A DNA stretch of 64,000 nucleotides from Methanobacteriota archaeon (GTDB lineage: Archaea > Halobacteriota > Methanomicrobia > Methanomicrobiales > Methanoculleaceae), in contig JAEZIP010000057.1 in NCBI GenBank assembly GCA_023436625.1, positions 8,313 to 72,312 of the forward strand. Direction: 5' to 3'. Made by a program: the position numbers and the translations under genes. Shown here piece by piece: positions 9,883 through 18,455 of this stretch; position 1 is the first letter of the stretch; every line of letters begins with the position of its first letter. The notes below the pieces were generated by a model. It was not told where the DNA came from and ran no database searches. It saw only the letters and a program-made list of their open reading frames with translations.

Positions 9883-12800
9883 TCAGGCCCGCTTCAGGGT
9901 GAACCGGAACGCGGCGCCGCATTCAGGACAGCCCGGCACCCGATCGTCGACCCGGACCCTGCCGCCGTAACGTTCGACGAGCATACGGGTGATGTAGAGG
10001 CCGAGGCCCTGGCCGCTCTTGTGGTGCCTGTTCTGCCCGAACCGCATGAACACGATCTCTTTCTTTTCGTCGGGAACCCCCGGCCCGGTGTCCTCGACCG
10101 AGACCAGAACTTCATCACCGTGCTCCTCGACCCGGATGGCCACCTCGACCGCCGGCCCCCCGAACTTGATGGCGTTCCCGATCAGGTTCGTGAAGACCTC
10201 GGGGAGAAGCGCGTCGGCTGTGACCGCAAGATCCGTGCCGCCGTAGTGGATCCGGCTCCCGGAGAAGGTCCTGATCTCGTCCCGGATCACCATATCAAGG
10301 TCGACCGGCACGAGCGCTGCCGATTCCTGGTGAATCCGGCGGATCGTCGAGACGTTCCTTAAAATCTCGATGCTCTTTCGGATGCTGGCCTGGAGTTTCT
10401 GTGCGTAGCCCTTCGTCTCCCCATCGAGCATATCGATGAGGAGGTCGGTGTAGAGGCCCGAGACGTTCTCGGCGTTCCTGATGTCGTGGCTGAGGATATC
10501 GAGGTAGAGGTTTGCCACCTGCTCGGCCATCCCGAGCTTTCGGATCAGCATGGTGCGCTCGACGGAGGTGCCGACCTCCCTCCCGATGGCCGTAAGGAGG
10601 GAGCGGTCGGCGTCGGTGAACGGGCTGCCTCTCCCGGACACCACGTTCAGGGCCCCGATGACCCTCCCGTGCGCCATAATCGGAATGCTGGCGCACGGGT
10701 GCGGTGTTCCTCCGCTCTCCCCCGGGTAGCGGAGATCGGGGTAGTCGTCGAAGAAGCGGGGCTCCCCTGCCACCAGCACCCCTGCGTAGGGCTGCCCGGT
10801 GATGTCCGGGATGCATGGCTGCGCAGGAAAGCCTCTGGGGAGGCCCTGCGTGCAGACGAGCCGTGCTCTCTGCTTTTTCGGCTCGATCAGGTAGATGCCG
10901 CCGCCCAAAAGATCGAGAAGGTCGAGGGTTACCGCGAGCACCCTCTCCAGGGCTTCATCGATGTCCGTTGCGGATGCCGATGCGCCGATGATCCGGTTTA
11001 ACACCGAGAGCTCGCGATTATGGGCCTGGATTTCTGCCTCGGCCTGTTTCTGGCTGGTGATGTCGGTGAACGAAGCCGCGATACAGATGGGCGTTCCGTC
11101 GCCGTCAGTGACCAGATTCCCGGAAAACATGACGTAAAATGCCGTCCCATCCTGTCTCCTGCCGATCCGCTCACCGGTACACCTGCCGCTGCTGATGAGC
11201 TCCCGGAACGTTTCCACTGCCTCCTCCTCGTCCTGCCAGAGTTCCTTGACCGGCTTCCCGATCACCTCGGCGGAGGATCCGTAGCCCCACATGGAGAGGA
11301 GCGCCTGGTTGACGTAGGTCAGGCGGCCGTCGAGATTGGCGATGGTGAACGCACTTGACGACGATGCTATCGCCATCTCCCGGATCCGGAGTTCCTGCTC
11401 GGCCTGCTTGCGTTCGGTGATGTCGACCCCCGAGCCCATCGTGCAGATCCGCCTGCCCGCTTCGTCGGTGACGACGGAGAGGGCAAGCTGCATGGGGAAG
11501 GTCGATCCGTCTTTTCGCCGCGCTTTCACCTCACCGGACCAGGCGCCGTTCCGGAGGAAATCCTTTCTGACCCGGTTCATCTCCTCCCGGTCGGCCCAGA
11601 GCACCGAGATCGGCTGCCCGACGATCTCCTCCTGCTCCCACCCGTGCATGGCGAGGAAGGCGCGGTTGACGTAGATGACCTTCATGTCGAGATCGGAGAG
11701 AGAGATGCCTTCGCGTGCCGAGGCTATCGCCATATCCTTGATCCGGAGTTCGAGCTCGGCACGTTTCTGCTCGGTGATGTCGCGGATGGAGCAGAGTGTC
11801 CCGGTGACGTTCCCGTGCTCGTCGTTCAAGGTGCTGACGGTCATATCGACGAACATGGTCTCTCCATCCCTCTTCCTGTGGACGGTGACGCCGCGCCAGG
11901 ACCCGGAAGCCCGGAGGGCATCCCGTGCCTCTCGTTTTTCTTCCGGGCCGATCCACTGGTTGGTGAAGAGTTCCGCCTCAGGCCGGCCGAGGCCCTCACC
12001 TGAAGGAACGCCGTAGAGTTTTTCTGCGGCCCGGTTCATGTAGGTGATCCGCCCCTCCGTGTCGGCCGCGATAACGGCATCCTCCACCTGCGAGAGCACC
12101 CGGGCCTGAAACCGGAGCCGTTCTTCCGTCCGCTTCCGCCCGGTGACGTCGCGGCTGATTCCGAGCAGGCGCCTGACGGTGCCGTCGGCTTCAGCCATCG
12201 GGATGAGACGCGCCTCAAGCCAGACGCCCCCATCGTCCCCGGGTATCAGGGTCTCCTCGGTGAGGATCTCCCCGGGTGACTTCGCTGCGGTCCGGATCAT
12301 CATGAGCCATCGATCCGCAACGACAGGCGGAAACAGTTTCCTGATGTTCTTTCCCCGGAGACCCTTCAGTTCCGTGCCGAGCAGGTGGGTGCCGGCACTG
12401 TTCACGTAGAGGACATCCCCTTCTACATTGATGAGGAAGATGACATCCGGCGCCAGCTCCGCAAGCATCCGGTAGCGCTCCTCGCTCTCCCGGAGCGCCT
12501 GCGCCATGCGTCTCTCCTCGGTGATATCGACGGCGGTAGCGAGGATGCAGACCGGGTTTCCGGATTCGTCGGTGACAGCGTTCGCGGTCACGTGGGCGAT
12601 AAACTCCGTTCCATCGGCCCTGCGGCCGACCAGTTCTCCGGTAGACCTGCCCCGCTCCGCAAACGTTGCAAGAACTCTCGCGACCTTACCCTGGTCTACC
12701 CAGAACTCCGTGAGATGCCGCCCGATGACCCTGTCGGGTTCGGTAACCCCGCCCATCGCGAGCAGCGCCCGGTTGGCGTACGTGATGTATCCGTCGAGGT

Positions 12801-13944
12801 CGGCGATGGCGATAGCGGCAAACGACGACTCGATCGCCATCCCCTGGATCAGGAGCTCCTTCTCCGCCTGTTTACGCTCCGTAATATCGGAATGTGTCCC
12901 CGCGATCCGGAGTGGTTTCCCGTCGCCGTCGCGGCGGACCACCCGGAGCCGGTCGAGGATGTAGACCCACTCCCCCGATGCCGACCTCATCCGGAACTCC
13001 ATCTCGCAGTGATCGCGTTTTCCGGCGGCCATATCGGTGAAAACTGCCCCCACGCGGCCGCGGTCCTCCGGGTGGACGAGTGAGAGGATCGCAGGAAGCG
13101 TGGGCACGAATGCTTTCGGCTCGTAGCCGAGCATTGTGAAGGTCCGCTGACTGTAAAAGATCGTGCCGGTTCTGACGTCCCAGTCGACCAGCCCGTCGTT
13201 TGCCGCCGAAAGCGCGAGGTTCAGCCGTTCTTCGCTCTCCTGCAGCGCCTGCTCCGCACGCCTCTGCTCGGTCACGTCGAGGAGCGACATCACCGAGCGG
13301 GCCGTCCCCGGGATCAGGCCGATGGTGACCTCGACGGCGTGAAGGGTGCCGGAGCAATCGATAAACGTGAAGGAATAGTTCTTCGGCGCAGCCCCGGGAG
13401 TCCTCCGCCGGAGGGCGTGGTACCCCATGAGCCGCCGCTGGTCATCTGCATCGGCAATGAAATCAATCAGCTGCTTTTTTCCGACAATCTCGGCGCGCGA
13501 GCACCCGGAGAGCCGCTCGAACTCCGTGTTCGCCACCGAGATGGTGCCGTCGCCCTCGATGAGGATCGTCGCCGTCCCGGTATACTCGACGATCGCCTCG
13601 TAATCCCCGGCGTCAGGGGCTTCCCGGAGCCGGAGCATCCACCCCTTCCCGGACGGCGTCCTTCTGCCCGAGCAACGATACCGCCGCTCTCCGCCCGGTC
13701 CCGGGAGCCGGCACTCGAACTCCGGGATCCTGTCCCCGTCCGCAAGATTGCTCATCGCCCCGAGCGCTTCGGCAATCCGTCCGGGCTCGTTCCCGGGCAC
13801 TCCGAGCATCCGGCGGCAGGCTGCGTTTGCCCAGATTATGCCGGCGCCCTCGTCGACCACGAGAACCGCATCTTCCAAACCCTCAAGTATCCGGTAGTCC
13901 GGCTGCGCGGCGTAAATGTGGTCCGGAGGCTCGGCGGGGGTCAC
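9883..13944 (-). CDS. multi-PAS/GAF sensor histidine kinase
   Basis: At least seven PAS/PAC-like modules with recurring ...DITE(R/Q)K(Q/R)AE... linkers. These are followed by a GAF-like region, the H-box SHDIRNAE and an HATPase_c domain (NLIGNAIKF, DTGPGVP, GLGLYI). Confidence 0.9.
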   Translation of the reverse strand: MTPAEPPDHIYAAQPDYRILEGLEDAVLVVDEGAGIIWANAACRRMLGVPGNEPGRIAEALGAMSNLADGDRIPEFECRLPGPGGERRYRCSGRRTPSGKGWMLRLREAPDAGDYEAIVEYTGTATILIEGDGTISVANTEFERLSGCSRAEIVGKKQLIDFIADADDQRRLMGYHALRRRTPGAAPKNYSFTFIDCSGTLHAVEVTIGLIPGTARSVMSLLDVTEQRRAEQALQESEERLNLALSAANDGLVDWDVRTGTIFYSQRTFTMLGYEPKAFVPTLPAILSLVHPEDRGRVGAVFTDMAAGKRDHCEMEFRMRSASGEWVYILDRLRVVRRDGDGKPLRIAGTHSDITERKQAEKELLIQGMAIESSFAAIAIADLDGYITYANRALLAMGGVTEPDRVIGRHLTEFWVDQGKVARVLATFAERGRSTGELVGRRADGTEFIAHVTANAVTDESGNPVCILATAVDITEERRMAQALRESEERYRMLAELAPDVIFLINVEGDVLYVNSAGTHLLGTELKGLRGKNIRKLFPPVVADRWLMMIRTAAKSPGEILTEETLIPGDDGGVWLEARLIPMAEADGTVRRLLGISRDVTGRKRTEERLRFQARVLSQVEDAVIAADTEGRITYMNRAAEKLYGVPSGEGLGRPEAELFTNQWIGPEEKREARDALRASGSWRGVTVHRKRDGETMFVDMTVSTLNDEHGNVTGTLCSIRDITEQKRAELELRIKDMAIASAREGISLSDLDMKVIYVNRAFLAMHGWEQEEIVGQPISVLWADREEMNRVRKDFLRNGAWSGEVKARRKDGSTFPMQLALSVVTDEAGRRICTMGSGVDITERKQAEQELRIREMAIASSSSAFTIANLDGRLTYVNQALLSMWGYGSSAEVIGKPVKELWQDEEEAVETFRELISSGRCTGERIGRRQDGTAFYVMFSGNLVTDGDGTPICIAASFTDITSQKQAEAEIQAHNRELSVLNRIIGASASATDIDEALERVLAVTLDLLDLLGGGIYLIEPKKQRARLVCTQGLPRGFPAQPCIPDITGQPYAGVLVAGEPRFFDDYPDLRYPGESGGTPHPCASIPIMAHGRVIGALNVVSGRGSPFTDADRSLLTAIGREVGTSVERTMLIRKLGMAEQVANLYLDILSHDIRNAENVSGLYTDLLIDMLDGETKGYAQKLQASIRKSIEILRNVSTIRRIHQESAALVPVDLDMVIRDEIRTFSGSRIHYGGTDLAVTADALLPEVFTNLIGNAIKFGGPAVEVAIRVEEHGDEVLVSVEDTGPGVPDEKKEIVFMRFGQNRHHKSGQGLGLYITRMLVERYGGRVRVDDRVPGCPECGAAFRFTLKRA

Positions 13945-14143
13945 GTATAAGTCCTTCCGTGGTCCTGGAAAGCACCCCTGAAGTGCTTACAGAAGATGGA
14001 GGTTACCAAAACATATTAATTTGTTCCGGTTTGTGAGCCGACGGGAAAAATTATTGTTCCGGGCAGCCGGCCCCGGGTGACGATATTCCCGCCAGAAACG
14101 GCGACTCCGGAAATATTTTTCACTCCTGTATTCCGGGGAAAAA

Positions 14144-14758
14144 TCAGGTCTTCGCCTGCATTTTCCGGAGGAGGCCGACCACGTCCTGCCCTTTCTCCCG
14201 CCCTTCCGCGAGTGCGGTGGGATGCCCCGCAATCCCGCCGTAGCGGTCGAGATCGTTTGCTATGACATTGTCCCAGTACTCGAACCCGGTGGTGTTGAAG
14301 AAGGCGGTGATCGCCGGAAACGCCGCGTCGAAGACGTTCTCCCATCCGAGCCCCGCGGTCGATACGAAGATCCCCTTGTGACGCCGGGTGTGCTCGGCGG
14401 TGAAGTAGAGGTTCTTCAGGATAAACTTACGCGCCCAGAGGAACTGGGCTCGATCGATCAGCCCCTTCGCCTCCGCCGTGATCCCCATCGAGTAGATGGG
14501 GGATGCGAGGACGAGGACGTCGGCGGCGGCGATCTTCTCAAACACCCCTGTGAGATCGTCTTTGATGACGCAGACCCCTGTTTTGTGGCAGGCGTTGCAT
14601 CCACGGCACGAGGCGTAATCGAGCGGCCGGAGGACGACCTTCTCCACATCGCCCCCCGCCTCCCGGGTGCCCTCGAGCACGGCGTCGAGCAGGGTCTCGG
14701 TGTTCCCGTGCCGCCGGGGGCTGCCGGAGATGCCGAGGACTCTTACCGGTTCGGTCAT
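14144..14758 (-). CDS. iron-sulfur flavoprotein (Isf-like, NADPH-dependent FMN reductase fold)
   Basis: GSPRRHGNTE FMN-binding loop. Compact cluster motif CRGCNACHKTGVC (Cx2Cx2Cx5C). ATG at 14758 overlaps the upstream stop (ATGA). Confidence 0.85.
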   Translation of the reverse strand: MTEPVRVLGISGSPRRHGNTETLLDAVLEGTREAGGDVEKVVLRPLDYASCRGCNACHKTGVCVIKDDLTGVFEKIAAADVLVLASPIYSMGITAEAKGLIDRAQFLWARKFILKNLYFTAEHTRRHKGIFVSTAGLGWENVFDAAFPAITAFFNTTGFEYWDNVIANDLDRYGGIAGHPTALAEGREKGQDVVGLLRKMQAKT

Positions 14759-15366
14759 GCCGCCCGGAGCTCCTGCAGTCGTGCGACGGTTTCTTTTGCC
14801 AGGACCTCTGCGTCGGCTCTCGCGGTGGGGTGGCGCTCGATCGCGCCCTTCTCGTCGCCGCCGTTCACCATCAGGTACCTGAGATCCTTGTTTCCGATGT
14901 CGACGACGTGGAAGAAGCATTTCACCGACGGGATTGCCGCGTCGAAGACGTAATCCCAGTTCTGCCCGGCTGTCGAGAGGAAGATGCCCATCCGTTTTCC
15001 CTTCCGCTCGGGCGGGACGACCGGGAGGCGGAGGACGTACTTCCGGGAGCGGAAGACCTGGGCCCGGTCGACCAGCGCCTTCGCCTGCGCGGCGAGCCCC
15101 ATGCAGTAGATGGGAGACGCGAGAATGATGCAGTCGGCCGCGACGATCCGGTCGTGGACGTAGTCCATGTAGTCCCGCTGGACGCACCGGTTGAGCGTCT
15201 CACAGAGGTTGCACCCGCGGCAGGGCCTGATATCCACCTCGGGGACGACGATCTTCTCGACCGCGGCCCCTTCCTCCTCCATCGCCGCGAGCACCCAGTC
15301 GAGGAGGGTCTCGGAGTTGCCGTGGCGGCGGGGAGAGGTTGAAAACGCGAGGACGTCAAGGGTCAT
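14755..15366 (-). CDS. iron-sulfur flavoprotein (Isf-like), tandem paralog
   Basis: TSPRRHGNSE loop and CRGCNLCETLNRC (Cx2Cx2Cx5C). Same fold as the downstream gene. Confidence 0.85.
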   Translation of the reverse strand: MTLDVLAFSTSPRRHGNSETLLDWVLAAMEEEGAAVEKIVVPEVDIRPCRGCNLCETLNRCVQRDYMDYVHDRIVAADCIILASPIYCMGLAAQAKALVDRAQVFRSRKYVLRLPVVPPERKGKRMGIFLSTAGQNWDYVFDAAIPSVKCFFHVVDIGNKDLRYLMVNGGDEKGAIERHPTARADAEVLAKETVARLQELRAA

Positions 15367-15408
15367 ACAAGGAGTATTGTCCGGCCGGAGGCAAAAAAAG
15401 TGCCGGGT

Positions 15409-16053
15409 TTAGATTTTCTTGAAGCAGAGGTACCAGTCTTTGCACTCGTAGCCTTCCTTCATCCGCTTCTCGATCTCTTCGGGGGTCTTCGGCGCCGGGA
15501 CGATGACCTTCTCACCCGGCTCCCAGTTCGCCGGCGTCGCGATGCCGTGCTTATCGGAGGTCTGGAGGGCTTTCGTCAGCCTGAGGATCTCGGGCATGGA
15601 CCGGCCGTTGGACATCGGGTAGTAGAGCATGGCACGCATGATGCCCTTATCATCGATGAAGAAGACCGTCCTGATGGTCGAGGTGCTGCTCTGCCCGGGG
15701 TGGAGCATCCCGTAGCGCCGGGCGACCTTCATGTCGAGGTCGGCGATGATGGGGAACGGGATCTCGACGCCCATCTTCTCCTTGATGTTTCGAACCCACG
15801 CAAGGTGCGAGTGGACGCTGTCGATCGAGAGGCCGATGAGCTGGACGTTCAGCTCCTTGAGTTCGTCGGCGATCGCGGCGAACGCCATGAACTCCGTGGT
15901 ACAGACCGGCGTGAAGTCGGCCGGGTGAGAGAAGAGGATGACCCACTTTCCTTTCAGGTCGGAGAGTTTCAGGGGGCCATGGGTGGTCAGCGCATCGAAC
16001 TCGGGCGCTCTCTCACCGATGACCGGCATCTGGAGCGGTTCTACAGATTCCAT
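15409..16053 (-). CDS. peroxiredoxin (archaeal Prx6-like thiol peroxidase)
   Basis: Peroxidatic Cys motif FTPVCTTE. C-terminal Cys pair in EGYECKDWYLCFKKI, as seen in archaeal Prx. Confidence 0.93.
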   Translation of the reverse strand: MESVEPLQMPVIGERAPEFDALTTHGPLKLSDLKGKWVILFSHPADFTPVCTTEFMAFAAIADELKELNVQLIGLSIDSVHSHLAWVRNIKEKMGVEIPFPIIADLDMKVARRYGMLHPGQSSTSTIRTVFFIDDKGIMRAMLYYPMSNGRSMPEILRLTKALQTSDKHGIATPANWEPGEKVIVPAPKTPEEIEKRMKEGYECKDWYLCFKKI

Positions 16054-16056
16054 GCT

Positions 16057-16407
16057 TCACTTCCGCGGGCGGTTGCCCAGGTACTCCTCGAGGGCGGTCT
16101 TGCCGTGGACGTAGGCCGGCATCCCCGCGAGCAGGAACGCGACCCGGAGCCCCTCCTCGATCTCCTCCTTCGATACGCCGAGGTTCCCGGCGCCGGCCAT
16201 CTGCGCCCGGACGGCGTGTCCGTCCCGGAGGGCGGCGGCAATCGCGATCGCAATGATCTTCTTCGTCTGCTTCGAGAGGGCGCCGTCGGCCCAGATCATC
16301 TGGTCGAGCCCCATGACACTGGCGTAGAGGTCGGGGTCCGTCTCCTTGAGTTCCTTGAAGATCACGGGAACCTTCCCGATCTTCTCTTCCAGGTGCTTCT
16401 CTTCCAT
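16057..16407 (-). CDS. carboxymuconolactone decarboxylase / AhpD-like family protein, Cys-less variant
   Basis: ALSKQTKKIIAIAIAAALRDGHAVRAQ aligns with the CMD/AhpD core. The CxxC position reads DGHA, and the protein contains no Cys at all. Confidence 0.8.
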   Translation of the reverse strand: MEEKHLEEKIGKVPVIFKELKETDPDLYASVMGLDQMIWADGALSKQTKKIIAIAIAAALRDGHAVRAQMAGAGNLGVSKEEIEEGLRVAFLLAGMPAYVHGKTALEEYLGNRPRK

Positions 16408-16413
16408 TGCAGT

Positions 16414-16539
16414 TCACTCCTCGAGCACCATGGGTTCGCCGCAGCAGACCAGTTCGCCGCCGCCGGCTTCCAGCACCTGGACCACGTTTCCGCAGATCTC
16501 GCAGTGGTAGACCTGCCCTTTTGCCGATACGTTCACCAT
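16414..16539 (-). CDS. desulforedoxin (stand-alone Dx domain, 41 aa)
   Basis: [37 protein letters not shown] carries the CxxC...CC Fe(Cys)4 signature of desulforedoxin and the desulfoferrodoxin N-domain. ATG at 16539. Confidence 0.7.
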   Translation of the reverse strand: MVNVSAKGQVYHCEICGNVVQVLEAGGGELVCCGEPMVLEE

Positions 16540-16549
16540 TCCTCTCACC

Positions 16550-16795
16550 TCAGTGGTTCTCCGGTTTCTTCTTCCTCTCGGGAGGATGCAGGACATCCTC
16601 CGGTGTTTTGATATCGGGTCTGATGTGGGTCATCGGGAGGCAGTTGTACATCTCACAGGCGCAGGTCGGACATTTGACGAGGTCCGCATCGGTGCTGTCG
16701 ATCCGGACTTCCCGGCCGCAGTCGATACAGATGAACCGGCCGGGACCCGGCTTCTCACCGGCTTTCGCTGTTTTCTTTGTTCCAGATTCAACCAC
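16550..16795 (-). CDS. zinc-ribbon protein (CxxC...CxxC), function unknown
   Basis: [30 protein letters not shown] start. First gene of the apparent Zn-ribbon/Dx/AhpD-like/Prx co-directional string. Lys-rich termini. Confidence 0.5.
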   Translation of the reverse strand: MVESGTKKTAKAGEKPGPGRFICIDCGREVRIDSTDADLVKCPTCACEMYNCLPMTHIRPDIKTPEDVLHPPERKKKPENH

Positions 16796-16875
16796 AGAAA
16801 TTCACCAGGGCGGTAATATCCTTTCAAGGTATTTAGCAGTTGTCCTTCCGGTGGGAACCGGTCCGGCCGGGGTAT

Positions 16876-16911
16876 CCGGTTAACCGGGGAAGCCCGTATC
16901 CTATTAATAGG
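16876..16911. promoter_or_regulatory. two perfect 12-bp palindromes in a divergent promoter region
   Basis: CCGGTTAACCGG (16876-16887) and CCTATTAATAGG (16900-16911) lie 12 nt apart. The second ends 20 nt upstream of the ATG at 16932 and contains a TATA-like core. Confidence 0.35.
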
Positions 16912-16931
16912 GTTGTGTACTATCCAGCACC

Positions 16932-17522
16932 ATGCAGAAGAAGATTGTCGCGCTGCTCGGGAGCCCCGTTCTCGACGGGAACACCGCCCGCCTCCTCGAC
17001 GAGGCCATACGGGGCGCAAAGGATGCCGGGTGCGAGGTCGAGAAGCTTGAGGTCGCGCACATGGACGTTCTGCCCTGCATGGAGTTTTTCCAGTGCATGG
17101 GGAGTGAAACCTGCCTGATCCAGGACGAGATGGAGGGGATCTTTCGGAAGTTCCGGGAGCTGGACGGCCTGATCGTCGCGACCCCGGTGATGACGATGGG
17201 CGTCCCCGGGAGGCTCAAATCCTTCATCGACCGGTTCCAGGTCTTTTACATGGCAAAATACCACCGGGGCCGGTCTCTTATCTCTCCTGAACACCGGAAA
17301 AAACGCAAGATGCTCTTTATATCGATCGCGGGTATGAATATACCGAACGTCTTTGACGGGATCAGGATGACCATGCAGGCGTTCGGGGAGATTATCGACT
17401 GCCCCCTCTGGGACGAGGTGCTCCAGAACGACATGGACACAATCCGGGACATCCGGACGCGGCCGGAGATGATGGAGGCGGCATACCGGAAGGGCTACGA
17501 ACTCGGAAAACTGTCAGGGTGA
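16932..17522 (+). CDS. Isf-related flavoprotein (NADPH-dependent FMN reductase fold) with non-canonical Cys motif
   Basis: GSPVLDGNTA loop. Cys pattern is CMEFFQCMGSETC (Cx5Cx5C, three Cys) rather than Cx2Cx2Cx5C. Confidence 0.8.
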   Translation: MQKKIVALLGSPVLDGNTARLLDEAIRGAKDAGCEVEKLEVAHMDVLPCMEFFQCMGSETCLIQDEMEGIFRKFRELDGLIVATPVMTMGVPGRLKSFIDRFQVFYMAKYHRGRSLISPEHRKKRKMLFISIAGMNIPNVFDGIRMTMQAFGEIIDCPLWDEVLQNDMDTIRDIRTRPEMMEAAYRKGYELGKLSG

Positions 17523-18455
17523 TTCTTCGGGCTCGATGTGGACGACGACCTCGGCGAGTCCCGGCACCGTCTCTTTGAGTCGCCGCTCGACCTCGTCGGA
17601 GATCTCGTGAGCCCGGGAGACCGGGAGGGCAGGGTCGACGGTGATGTGGATGTCGGCAAGGATCTCGTCCGGTTTTCCCCGGCACCGGAAGTTGTGGTAC
17701 CCGGTCACCCCCGGGGTATCCATCACCACCGCCCGGATGAGTTCAATGTCGCAGGGGAGGTTCATCGTGTCGGTGAGAACCCGGGCGGCGTCGTAGAGAA
17801 CCCTGATCCCCATCCTCGCGATGAGGAGGCCGATGGCAAATGCGATGATAGGGTCGGCCTCGGGGTAGCCGAGCCTGACGGCGAGAAACCCCCCGAGGAC
17901 GGCCAGGGAGACGAAGACGTCACTTCTGGTGTGCTGGGAATCGGCAACCAGGATCTGGCTCCGGTACTCCTCGCCCTTCCTCCGCTCGTAGGTGGAGACG
18001 GCGAGGTTAACGACGAGCGTCCCGACCATGACGCCGACGGTGACCGCGGTGATATCGGGGACGACGGGTTCGACGAGCCGCCGGTAGCCTTCGTAGAGGA
18101 TCCCGGCGGCGGTCAGGAGGAGCATCGCCCCGATGACCAGGGTGCCGAGCGTCTCGATCTTGCCGTGGCCGTAGGGATGCTCCGGGTCGGGGGGCTTCCC
18201 TGCGAAGTAGAGGGCGACTATGCCGACGACGTTCGAGAAGGAGTCGAACCCCGAGTGGAAAGCGTCCGCTACCATGCTCACCGACCCGGCAAGGAGGCCG
18301 AAGATCGCTTTTGCGAGTGCGACGGAGAGGTTTAAGGCGAGGACAAAGATGAAGATCCGCTGCACCCGGACTCGCACCTTCGGTGCTCGCGCTCCGGCCG
18401 TTCCGGCAGTCGCGATTCGCGCCTCCGGTGCTCGAGATCCGGCTCTACGAACCAT
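17514..18455 (-). CDS. cation diffusion facilitator (CDF) family metal efflux transporter
   Basis: ADAFHSGFDSFSN, HPYGHGKIETL and ADSQHTRSDV motifs, six TM segments and a C-terminal cytoplasmic domain. The start is uncertain: ATG 18455, GTG 18512, or a GTG near 18363-18375. Everything upstream of about 18375 is repeat-derived sequence. Confidence 0.85.
   Translation of the reverse strand: MVRRAGSRAPEARIATAGTAGARAPKVRVRVQRIFIFVLALNLSVALAKAIFGLLAGSVSMVADAFHSGFDSFSNVVGIVALYFAGKPPDPEHPYGHGKIETLGTLVIGAMLLLTAAGILYEGYRRLVEPVVPDITAVTVGVMVGTLVVNLAVSTYERRKGEEYRSQILVADSQHTRSDVFVSLAVLGGFLAVRLGYPEADPIIAFAIGLLIARMGIRVLYDAARVLTDTMNLPCDIELIRAVVMDTPGVTGYHNFRCRGKPDEILADIHITVDPALPVSRAHEISDEVERRLKETVPGLAEVVVHIEPEESP

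Noticed and set aside
9188-10362. ORFs 9188..9922 (minus strand) and 9328..10362 (plus strand)
   Set aside because: They overlap the M50 protease and the histidine kinase in antisense or alternative frames. Both are Arg/Pro-rich with no family signature.
14759-15187. N-terminal extension of the 347-aa ORF 14144..15187
   Set aside because: The extension lies out of frame inside the upstream Isf gene. ATG 14758 gives a full-length Isf with an ATGA overlap.
15400-16611. 403-aa ORF on the plus strand
   Set aside because: Antisense to the peroxiredoxin, AhpD-like and desulforedoxin genes, with no motifs.
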